64,000 bases of DNA. Source: Aplysia californica (Eukaryota). The notes beneath the pieces were generated by a model, which saw nothing but the letters and a program-made list of their open reading frames with translations, did not search any database and was not told the origin of the DNA. The translations under genes were made by a program, and so were the position numbers. The stretch is from positions 1,236,306 through 1,300,305 of the forward strand of contig NW_004797392.1 of assembly GCF_000002075.1 (NCBI RefSeq). The letters are read 5' to 3'. Positions 49,101 to 61,100 of the stretch are shown here, one piece after another (the stretch's first letter is position 1; each line of letters starts with the position of its first letter).

Positions 49101-52100
49101 TCTGATTCATTGTATCTTAATTGGATTTTTGTGGCTTTACTTGCTGTTGGAGAAAAGTGGCTTTAGAAACATATTTGTTTGTGCCTCTTAGCAACATTAT
49201 TCTATGTGGATTGTCAAAAAGGACAAAATGAGGAGCAGGCAAAGGTGGAATACTAAATACATCACTCGCCAAAAGTAAAAAAGTACATTCACCGTTATTT
49301 TCAAACTTTCTATGGACTTAGTTGTAAAAATAGGGGGTGGAGGTCAGGAGGTGGGGATACAACACAAACAAAGAAAGGACATATAACATAAGGCATTGGA
49401 GTGTTAACGGCCCTAAGAGAAAAAAAAAGCATCTTACAATGTTTTTTGGGCTTTCATAGCTGTTCAGATAAGAAACTCCAGATAATCATTATACCTGTGT
49501 GCATCTCTGGGAGCCATCGCCTTCGCTCGTCATTTTGAGAAGAAGTTTCAGCCGCTGGGAGTGGCTGCTGGGGTTTGATAAGTTAATATTGTCCTAATCT
49601 TCTTCTGGCTGATAAAATCCCAATTTATTTTATACTGGTTAATTTACTTTGCTGTTTTCCTCTCCCAGCACTGGATTCGTCTGGAGATGCAGCCGGACAT
49701 GGTGATCAACCGACTGGTGATGCGTGTGGACCCGGCAGACTCGAGCTACATCCCGTCCCTGGTGGTGGTCAGTGGTGGGGACTCTGTGGTCAGCCTGAAA
49801 GAGTTACGCACTGTCCATGTACCCATGGATGAGGGTTTGGTGGTCCTGCTCTCTGATATGACAGAGGTAAAAAGAGTTTTTAGTTCCTCTTATTTTCCTT
49901 GTTATCACAGGCTTGATAGATAGGTTCATTTAGCTTTTTTTTTTCATGTCTATTCAGATTGTGAGATTTTGATGGATAAGTTCATTTAGCTTTTTTCTAA
50001 AAAGTCTATTCTGTTACAGGCCAAGATAGATTGTCAAGACGAGTTTAGTTGGCCTTTTAAAAAAATTATCCCTTTCTGTATCATGTCATGAACCAACTCC
50101 TGTCAGCAAAAAGTTTTCTCTGTGTCATGAAATTCATGGGTTTTTTTTTTACTATAGTAGAAGTGTTCACAGACCAAGACAGATTGTCAAGTCAGGTTCA
50201 TTCTGCTCTTTTTTTTTTTACTCTTTGTATATCAAGTCAGGAACCAACTCAAGATAACAAAAAGTTATTTTTGTGTCACGATATTCATGGTCTTTGACTA
50301 TAGAAAAAGTGCATAGAGTTACATTTTTATGCCTTGGCAACATGTCTTTGGCTGTCTGCTTGAAAAAGATTGTCACGTACTAGGGCTATGTATAATAAGT
50401 AGTTACTGCACTTCAGAGGCTTAAATGTCTTTCCTATTTTCAGTACTACCGTGTCATTGAAGTGGGCATCCGGCAGTGTCGTAGCAGCGGCATTGACTGC
50501 AAGATCCACGGCCTGTCTGTGTCTGCCCGCTACAAGACGGACGAGGATGACATCCCCACCACCTACTCCATCCTGGCCCAGGACAAAGATGAAGAAGAGG
50601 AGGAGCAACAGCAGCGGTCAGCCAACGGTCAGCCGGTGGCCTCCCGAGGCAAGAAGGGCAAGTCCTCCTCCTGTAAGGACATCCAGACCTACGTCTTTGT
50701 GTGGGGACTCAACGACAAAGACCAGCTTGGAGGGCCTAAGGGATCAAAGGTGTGGGACTGTTTGCAGCATTGTCTTCTTCTTCTTCTTCTTCTTCTTCTT
50801 CTTCTTCTTCTTCTTCTTCTTCTTCTTCTTCTTCTTCTTCTTCTTCTTCTTCTTCTTCTTCTTNNNNNNNNNNNNNNNNNNNNNNNNNNNNNNNNNNNNN
50901 NNNNNNNNNNNNNNNNNNNNNNNNNNNNNNNNNNNNNNNNNNNNNNNNNNNNNNNNNNNNNNNNNNNNNNNNNNNNNNNNNNNNNNNNNNNNNNNNNNNN
51001 NNNNNNNNNNNNNNNNNNNNNNNNNNNNNNCCTCCTCCTCCTCCTCCTCCTCCTGAATTGCATCAATCAGCCTTATTATTATTATTGAGATTTTACTCCT
51101 GGCTGTGAGACTAATTTATTGGCCAATTGATGTAAAGTTTGAAATTTTATATCTCTTCGGAGATTAAAAACGATTTGGGTGTGTATGGATGTCAGTGGAG
51201 GGTCAAAATAATATGTTTTGGAAAAATACTTCTACTTAAAAAAAGGTGAAATCGAACCAGCTCTGGCTACTGCCTGTCCAAGACAGTCACCTGTACAAAC
51301 AACCACTTTAATCAACCCCCTTGCGTTTTTTATAATATATCATAATGATACTGTCCATGAGCACCACCTGTGTATGATTGCCACTTTTCTCCTGGACAAT
51401 GGATGTTCGTCTTGGGCGGATTTGACTGTTCTTGGCTATGTTTCATAAGAGAGAGTAATAGATGATACAAGACTCTTCATCTTGAAAAACCTTCTGTCTC
51501 TTCTAATTTTCTTCTTAATTCTTGAAAAACCATCTGTCTCTTCAAATTTTTTTTCTTACATCTTGATGTAATAAGCATTATGAATGCTTGTCACCTCTAT
51601 TTATTGGCTGATGACACATGTTTTGAGGATCTTTGTTTTATCAACAGATCAAGATGCCTGTTTTAAATGAGTCTCTGTCAGCTCTCAACTGCATTCAGAT
51701 AGCTGGAGGTTCCAAGAGTCTCTTTTGTGGTGAGTAGGTGGCATGATCTTGTTGTTAAAACTCTAGTTTTTTGCTTTCGTAAAGAATCTTAATGATTTTC
51801 TTAATGTGTAATTCATTTATTTGTAGACATATTGCTCCCCTATAATTCATACTATTTTTGTTTAGTGGTGGGGCCATCACCAGTTTTAGCAGGAAAAAAA
51901 CCAGCATAAGGGCTATAATTTGTATTATAAAATTTTAATAGTTCAGTCACTGCTTTTGTAATGTTGGGAGCCAAGACATATCAGATATTATGGAAGCGAA
52001 TTATCCTGTTTCAAGTTATTTCTTAATTATGATATTCTCAGCATAGCAGTTTTAAAATTGTTTATTTTCTTTTAATCCCTTTTGAAGAGTTCTAACAAAC

Positions 52101-55100
52101 AAAACTTGAGTATTAAGATTTACTCCAGCCTGTTTCACAGTTTGATTGTAGTAGTTTATTTTTCTTTTCATTTTTATCATCAAGTTTATTATGAGATATG
52201 ATTGTAACTTTGATGTATCCAGTGACCCAAGACGGTAAGATGTTTGCCTGTGGTGAGGGAACCAATGGACGACTGGGTCTGGGTTCTGTCACTGGCAACG
52301 TGTCAGTTCCACGACAGTTGTCGTCACTGAGCCAGTACGTCATCAAGAAAGTGGCAGTGCATTCAGGTGGTCGACATGCACTGGCGCTGAGCATCGACGG
52401 CAAAATTTTTGCCTGGGGAGAGGGTGACGATGGGAAGCTGGGACTGTCCAGCAGGATGTAAGTACATAAGATTTTTCTCCTCGTTCTTCTATGGTTATTT
52501 AGTTTGGAATGAGTTACGTGCCGTTAGAGATACACAACCAAAGTTATTTGGAAGATGGAGCACTTGGCTGGATTTATGAATCTGTGGATCTGATAAAACA
52601 ATTTTTAAAATTTTGAAGAGTTTCCCTTTGAAGAAATTCCTGTGGGGAGGTTGTGGATCATGGTGTTTGTGTTTCCTTTTTACTAACAAGATTCAAACCC
52701 TCTACTTTTGCATGATGGCCAAGTTTACAACCACTACATCTCGTTAGTCAGTTTATTAGAGTTGAATGGTTATAAACATATTCAGGTAAAAAATCTTTTT
52801 TTTTGCTTATTGCCTCTCATTAGGAGCTGTAATCGGTTATTTCAGCTTTCAATTTGTTTATATTCCTCTGAAAAGGAACTGTGATACTCCTCGCCTGGTA
52901 GAGGCGCTCAAGTCTAAGCGTGTGCGTGACATTGCCTGTGGCAGCTCTCACAGCGCAGCCATCATTTCTAACGGTGACCTGTACACTTGGGGGCTGGGCG
53001 ACTATGGCAGGCTGGGCCACGGAGACAACACCACACAGCTCAAGCCGAAGCAGGTCAGTGGGTTTTTGTTGTGGTCACATTGTAGTTTTACAGGCCGTGT
53101 CAACATGATGATGGTGGTTGGTTGGCGGGTGCTCTGGTGTGGTTTGCTTCTTCTTTCCTATCAAACATCTATCATCCTTATCTCCCCTTCTTCTTTTTTA
53201 TGTTTAGTACTCTCTTGTAACACCTCTAATCTTCTGGCAGTCATATGACCGTATCCTGTTGCGAGCGCCGTAAAACCTCTACTAAAACTAAAAACCAACA
53301 TGATGATGGACGGGGTGCACCAGGAACTGACGAGGATAAATGTTACTCTTAAAGGAAGGATGAAAAAAACAAAACAATATACAGCATGCCGCAGCGAACT
53401 GTGGTGACTTTTATCTTGTTGCATCTCGGTTCACCAGTTGTCTTGTGTGTCATGGCTTTGGTGAGTGTTGCTGCTCAGTGTGTTGTGTAGCAGTGCTGTG
53501 TCCTGTGTCCGTTCACCTGTGTATTATTGTCTTTTGCTGTCTGCTACTTAACTGGTCTGACTTTTTTTGTTTTATAAACCCGAGATTTAGAGTACGGCTT
53601 GTTTGTCTTACTTTGTGACATAGTCATACCACCCTCCAGCACTATCACTGCTATCAAGTATATTAATTATCTAAAATGCTACTGTATCTGTGAGAAACGC
53701 TGGGGAGACCTGTGGGAAGGTGAGCATTTTCTATTATTTTTTTCCCCTGCGGAAGAACTCCTATCTGATTTGCAGAAAAAAAAATTTTTCTTGAATTTTT
53801 TTGCTGTCAATGAAGAGCAACTTATCGTAGTTGACATGAACATACACTTTTTAAATTTATATATATTTCTGTGTTTTTGCAATTCACATTTATTTGCCAC
53901 AATCGTTTCTTAATGTGATATGAATCTACTAGGGTTCTCTCTGGAGACCCCAGACTTTTTTCCCCAAACTCCAAATTTTAGAGAGGATTCTTATCAATAA
54001 TTTCAAGGAAAATCCTATTTTTAGCATGGAGAGGTTGGCAAACCTGCTCTGCCATTCTCATATCATTGACTCGATGATGAAAACATCAAAACTGCCCCTA
54101 CTTCCAGATGTGAGGTTTGACACTAAATTCAATTAAAGAAAATTTTGTTTTTTAAAACTGGCATTGTCCCCCCCACCAGGTGGCAGCACTGGCGGGTCAG
54201 CGCGTGGTACAGGTGGCGTGCGGCAGTCGTGACGCCCAGACCTTGGCCCTGACAGACGAAGGCGTGGTCTATTCCTGGGGTGATGGGGACTTTGGCAAGC
54301 TGGGGCGAGGAGGAAGTGAGGGATGTAACGTACCACACCCGGTGGAGAGGCTGACCGGTCAAGGGGTCATTCAGATTGAGTGTGGGGCCCAGTTTTCCCT
54401 GGCCCTGACCAAGCATGGACAAGTATGGACCTGGTATGTACATTCTGGGTCATAACTTTTGATTGAAAGTGGTTGGCAGGTGCTCTGATGTGGTTTGCTC
54501 CTTCTTTCCTATCAAACGTGTGTAGTTTTTATCTCTCTTCACTTTCTTTTGTGTTTGTTACTCTCTTGTAGCACCGCTAATCTTCAACATTTCTCAAGCA
54601 TGATCAATCCTACCTTTATATTTAGAATTCTTTTGTCCATTGAGAATGAGATACTAAAATTACAAAGAATAAAATAAGTCTGCCAAGGGAGTTGTTGTGC
54701 AGTTGTGTGAGCTTTTTGATCACAAGAGATTTGAGACTGAATGTGGGTGGTTGATGGATGCTCTGGTGTGGTTTGCTCCTTTTTTCTGATCAAACATATG
54801 TCATCCTTATCTCTCCTCCTTTTTTGTGTTTATTGCTCTCTTGTAATACCTCTAACATTTGGCACTTGTACGACCTAATTGTGTTGCAAATGCTTTAAAA
54901 CGCTTACTATAACAAAAAAAGACTATGAACTGCCACTGAATTGACCTTAAATCCAGGAAAAGCTTGTGCCTTTCAATGAAGTTTTTTGTTCCAACATCAG
55001 GGGTAAAGGTGACTACTTCCGCCTGGGCCATGGCACGGACGCTCACGTACGTAAGCCACAGCTGGTGGAGGCCCTGAAGGGGAAGAAGATCGTGCACGTT

Positions 55101-58100
55101 TCTGTCGGGGCCCTGCATTGTCTGGCCGTCACTGACACAGGACAGGTCAGTTTGCTCTGCCAATGTCGGTTTGTTGTGCCATTGTGTATTGAGCTGTATT
55201 TGATTTGTTTGAACTGCATTCATTTGTGGTTACTGTCAAATCTGCTCAAACTTCCACCTGTCCAAGACATTCATCTGTACAAACGACCACTTCCCATAAC
55301 CATAAGCCCCCCCCCCTTTTTTTTTCTTCTTTTTTTAAATATGACACTGTCCAAATGTCTAAGGCGAACAATTTTCTCTTCAATGTGATGGGTGGCCATC
55401 TTGGATAACTTCAATTGTAGTTGTCTGGTCTTTAGCTGCGTGTTATTTTATTTATGGTGTGTTAATTCATTTTCTTTATGATTGTTTGTTTTTTAGTAAT
55501 CTTGTCAGTAAATTGGAATCGTACACATTCTCTGTAGAATCTGTGCACTGTCTGCCTATTACAGATAACTGTCTGATTTGTCTTTAGTTACCCCTACGTT
55601 AATTTGTATGTTTATAACTTTCTTTTTTTAAGTCTTAATGCTGTTAGTCTGACCGTTTTTCTACTTTGAAGGAAATGTAAATGTTTACTCGGGGTGAATT
55701 TTTTTAATTTCTGGGCACTGTGTCCTCACTCTGTTGGGAAGGAAATAATACAAGGAAAACAAAAGACATTATGAAAGATGTATTATTTTACCTACTGCTT
55801 GCTATTATACATGTGCATGTAATTTTTTAAAACTTATTTTACTACTTAATTTTCCAAAATATCGCTCACATTCTCTGGCTCTTTATTTTTTTAATGAACC
55901 AGTGGTTTGTCTGATTCCTCTCCACAGGTATGGGCCTGGGGAGACAATGACCACGGCCAACAAGGCAATGGCACCACAACCGTGAACCGCAAGTCTGCCA
56001 TGGTTCTGGGAACCGAGGGCTACAAGATCACTCGCGTGGCCTGTGGTTCGTCCCACAGTGTTGCCTGGGCCACCACGGGTTATTCCATACCCACCTCACA
56101 CGAGCCCGTGCTCTTCTCCACCTCTAAAGATCCACTTGGGGCCACTTTTCTTGGTGAGCAGCATGTTTATTTAATTTATGTTAGCTGGTATGGGATTTTT
56201 TACTATGTGATTTGGCTTTATCCGCCCCGGTTCCTGCTCCCTTGCTCTTTCTTAACATTACCACAAAGTCCAGAAAATGCCCCGAAAGGAGAAAATTAAA
56301 TATCTAGTCTGTAAGTTCTTGTACCGGAAGTGTTTGGTTGTGCTAGAGGTGTTTTTTTAATTGGGGCAGTGTGGTGTTACTTTCTTTCAGTGTTCCTGTT
56401 GTCTCTGTCTGTTCCACGCAAGACTTGACTGTTATCTTGCTAAGTTATCCCGGTTTCTACTCTGTAACTCGTTTTCTTTTTATGAGGATTTGCGTTGAAC
56501 TAGCATTAAAGTTTTAACCTAAAAGTTTCTAAGTTCAAGCTTTGCGGGTGGTTAGCAGATGTTGTAGTGTGGTTTGCTCCTTCTTTCTTATCAAACATCT
56601 ATTTTCCTTATCTCTCCTCCTTCTTTTTTGTGTTTGTTACTCTCTTGCAACACCTCTAGTCTTTGGCACTTATATGACCTAATTGTGTTGTAAGTGCCGT
56701 AAAACTCTTACTATAACTAACAAAATTTTATCCTCAAGTTTTTAAAACTCAAACTGAACTTTGTTGAAAAGAAGCAGTTGATGTCATTGCAACTCATCTT
56801 TTTTAATTGTGACTTTAGGAATGGGAGAAGAATGCCAAGAGGAGACTTTGAGCACATCATCTAAGGACTCGAGCAACCGAGAGAAAAACAATCGCCCTTC
56901 CCTGTCAAAGATCATCTTGTACATGGACTCCACGCTAGAGAAGCAGAGGGCTCTCAACCATGTTCTCAATGCACTGCAAATCAAATATGCCAGGTTTGTT
57001 GTCTCGTTCGTAAACAATTGCTGTACCTTTTGTAGTTCATTATCAGTATCGTCACCTTCACATTCATGTTGTCAAGACTTTGTAAAGTCCATTACATTTT
57101 GAAAGCCTGCTGGAAGTTTTTGTCCTTGAGCAGACATACATTTGTGCCTTTTCAGCATGTACTTATTTAAACTTTCCATATCTGATTCTTTTCCGCCTAA
57201 ATGTTGAATAATATTGAAATTGCTCCTTAACACTCCTCCTTTACTCTTTTGTAACGCCTTTAATATTCAGCACCTTCATGACCTATTTGTGTTGCAAGGG
57301 GGGTAAAACTTATGATTTAATCTGGAATTGCTCTGTCCTCCAGGGATGCCATAGTAAAAGCTTTGAGCAAAGAAAGCATCCCGCTGACCGGTGTTTCCCA
57401 GGGGCTAGAGTCGATTCACCTGCTTGCCCAGCTGTCCAGCCAGTCCCAGGGTTCGAGTCCCGAGACCAGCACTGTGATGCATGGGTCGATGCTGGAGCAA
57501 GGAGCTGGGGATATGGCCGCCTCGCTCCTGGACTCGGTGGATGGGGTAAGTGCCAGGGAATTCTCTCTCCTTTTTGTTGTTTAAAAAAAATAAAATAAAA
57601 TCAGGGTTCCAACCTTCCTAAAGGTTTACATGGAAGGTTGGTGGGTGCTCTGGTGTCATGTGCTCCTCCTTTCCTATCAAACAGCTATTGTCCTTATCTC
57701 TCCTCCTTCTTTTCAGTGTATGTTCTCTCTAATAACACCTCTTATCATTGGTATGGCACTCATATGACCAATTTGTGTTGCTAATGCAATAGAACCTTTA
57801 CTAAAAATGAAAACAAAACTGAAGGTTCCTGGATTATAGAAGTGTTGATTGTTAAAGACTTTTTGTTTCTTGTTCAGTCATCTTGCTTTTACTCTCTTTA
57901 GTAAGTTACAGTGATATGTTTTGGCTTAATATTCAGTCAGTAGCTGAAATTTTTGCTTCAGCAAAATGGCACCACTCTCTTGTATTCTTATCCTTCTGTT
58001 AAAAAAAGAGGGGGGGGGGAGGTCATGGAGGACAGAAGAGAAGACTAAAGCCTTGTAAACTGCTCCTGGAAAGTTTCAGAGTTCATTGAACAAAACTAAA

Positions 58101-61100
58101 GAAGTAAATTTGTGTAATTTGCTAATTTTAACTCTCACATTGTGAAGAACTTTTTCTCTACTCTGTTGTAGCTGTACACTTAGATTGTAGCCTTGAAGAA
58201 ATTGAAATGAGTTGCAGCAGAATTTTTCTGAACATGTCTGTCATCAGTGCCACAAGAAAAATAATTCTATTTGAACCAGTTTAACAGGGTAAGAGAAATT
58301 TTAAAAATGGGAGTTGTTCATTTTCCTTTTGACAGCAACAACAATATAGTCCTGACTTTGCTTTATTGCTTATGCAGATAACACGCTTGTTATCTGCCAC
58401 TATGCTCCTCTTTCATTAAGTTTTTTTTTTATTCCATGAGGTTTTAGAAAGATCAGAATCATAGTTTTGGCCTTTAGTTCATGTAAAAGTAATATTCTGG
58501 AATTAATCATGCCTTTTCTTGATATCGTGGTATTTTTGTTTGGATTTTTTTTCTGGCTTTTTTGTTTTTGTAACCTTCGTGTACCCATGAGTTTTACTTG
58601 AGATAAGATAAATCTTTATAATCCAAATTTTGTTCCACAGACACACTTACACACACTCACACATGCACACACACACACCCGCGCGCTCTTGAACACTCAC
58701 ACATGCACACATGCTTGTGGGCACACACACACACACAAGGTCATCATGAGGCCAGGCCCTTTATTCAGTTTGTTTTGTCCATTCACAGGAAGAGGGTGAA
58801 GACCTCCCTTTCCCCAGCATGCAAAGTCTGGCGGCGAAGGTGTCTCCTGTGACCTCAATTATGGCAGAGACCCTGCAGACGGCTGACGAGGTCACCCAGG
58901 TGACCGGTGGCTTCCCTCCGGGTCTGGACGAGTTCACCTACCGCTTGTCTGTGGATGACGCTCGCATCCTGGTGGACTTGCTGAAACTTTCTGTCGCTCG
59001 GCGGGTGGTGGGAGGAAAGAAAACCCTGTCAGATGTGCTCACTGCCCTTGGAAAGGCGTCTCCTCATGTAAGTGTTTGTTGTTTTTGAATAAGTATCAGT
59101 ATCCCTTCTTTTTCAGAACACTATTGGACTTTTTTATCTTATTAAAAGATAGTTTCAGAATATGTTCAGGAGAACCAAAAAAGACACATTTTTGCCTCTC
59201 AACAGCCAGTCGCTTTGAATATCTTCAAAACACTTTCCCTGCCATATTAAGATATCGATACCAGACTAAGGCATATATATGCGCCGTGTCTTAAACTATC
59301 AGGTAGAATTGTTAACTCAATTTTGTCGAAGATTGGTTTGTAACTATCTTGCAACATCTCTAATCCTCGACACTACTATGATCTGATTGTGTTGCAAGAG
59401 CCGTAAAACACTTGCTTAAACAAAGACAAACTGATGCTACCAGTGGTAAAACTTAACTTGTGGACGGGCCCTTCTCCTCAGGTGACAGAGATGCTCCTGG
59501 AGCTGTGTGTGACTGAGCTGGAGGACGTGGCCACAGACAGTGAGACGGGACGCTCGGCAGCCAAGCCCGTGTCCCAAGAGAGCGCTCATCCCTACACGGA
59601 CGACTCAAGCCAGACTGGTATTGTGAGGATTCCAGGTAAGGACTACGCAAAATGTGGGCCTTTATCCTGTTTATGTTTAGGGGTTCTGGGTTGTTGTTTT
59701 TTTTGTGGGGTTTCTTTGTGTTTTTTTGTGTTTTTTTCCCAACAACAGGCATGGTGAGAGATTCCACCTTAAGTTTTAGTTAGTTTTACGGCACTTGTGA
59801 TATAAGATAAGATAATGCTTAATTATCCTTGTGGGGAATTTTCTGTGGCTGTACAGGAATGATAAAAACATGTGTATATATACATTGCATTTAAATTGTA
59901 TAGGTCATATACTAAAGACATGCTGAAGATTAGAGGCGATACTGGAGTATAATATTCAGAGAAAAGGAGAGATGAGGACAATAGACACTGTATATGTGAG
60001 GCAGCATGGTGAAATCAGGTGCTCGTCAAAATACAGAAATTGGAGAAACAGGCATTTTTCCAAAGTTTGGAAATTTTTATCAGATGGTTATTTTTGGACT
60101 CAACCTCTTTTATGTCCATATAAAAACCCATTTCCATATGAAATTAACTTAAAAACATGGATTAAAGGCACAAAGTATGTCATTTTTCTGTTTTCAAGGA
60201 CTATTTACCTACGGAGTTACCAAACTTTGGCGGCCATTTTCTTGCTAATTTCACCACTGAAACCAGGCGACCTCACTTCTTTCAATCGCAAATATCTTGA
60301 GTTTTGTTCAAGACAGATTGATATTTGTTTCATTGAAAGAGAGGCAAATAAATCAGTTTTCAGGTGATACCAGTAACTCCACATGCACAAAAATTGACAA
60401 GCACCTTGTAACACCTCTAATCTTTGGCACTTATATATGACCTAATTTTGTTGCAAATACCGTAAAACTCTTACTAAAACAAAACAAAAACAGTGGTGAA
60501 TACTCTGTATAAACCTTGACATGGTACTGCTTACAACAAGGCTGTGTTGGTTCTTCCCTCCCACAGGTGCGGAGGCTCTGCGTGTCGAGTTCAACCGTCA
60601 CTGCTCCACGGAACGTCGCCACGACCCACTCACCATCATGGATTCTACTGGACGGACCGTTGCTGTCAGATCTGGTCAGTTATATCTCGCAACTTATAGC
60701 ATGAAATTATTAACTGGGGTTCTCTTTAGTTGTACTGTGCAGTGACTTGGGCCAGCATATGTGACCAATCAATGATCTTTGGTAACAGTTCGGTGAATTT
60801 TTATCTGTACGTTTGAGATTTTCTCTTCTTTCTATTTTTCCCTTTCTGGATTCTCGCGTTTATTTTATTGTTTGATTCGGCAGTTGTAATGTTCATTTGC
60901 TTCCCCCCCAATGCCCTGTTGCATTTGGTTGAGGTCTTTTCAAAACCAGACATATGCCTTTGTTATTGTTCCCATTTTGCTTCACGTTGTACCATCGTAC
61001 AAAACTTGAGAGTTTTTTTGGTTTTAGATTAATTTTACTGAGATTGAGCAAAGGGCTCCTATAGGTGTACTCCATTGGCCATGTTGTGGCCAAAACACAG

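Noticed and set aside
50689-51108. Poly-L/F/S/R ORFs
   Set aside because: Intronic (CTT)n microsatellite plus N-gap.
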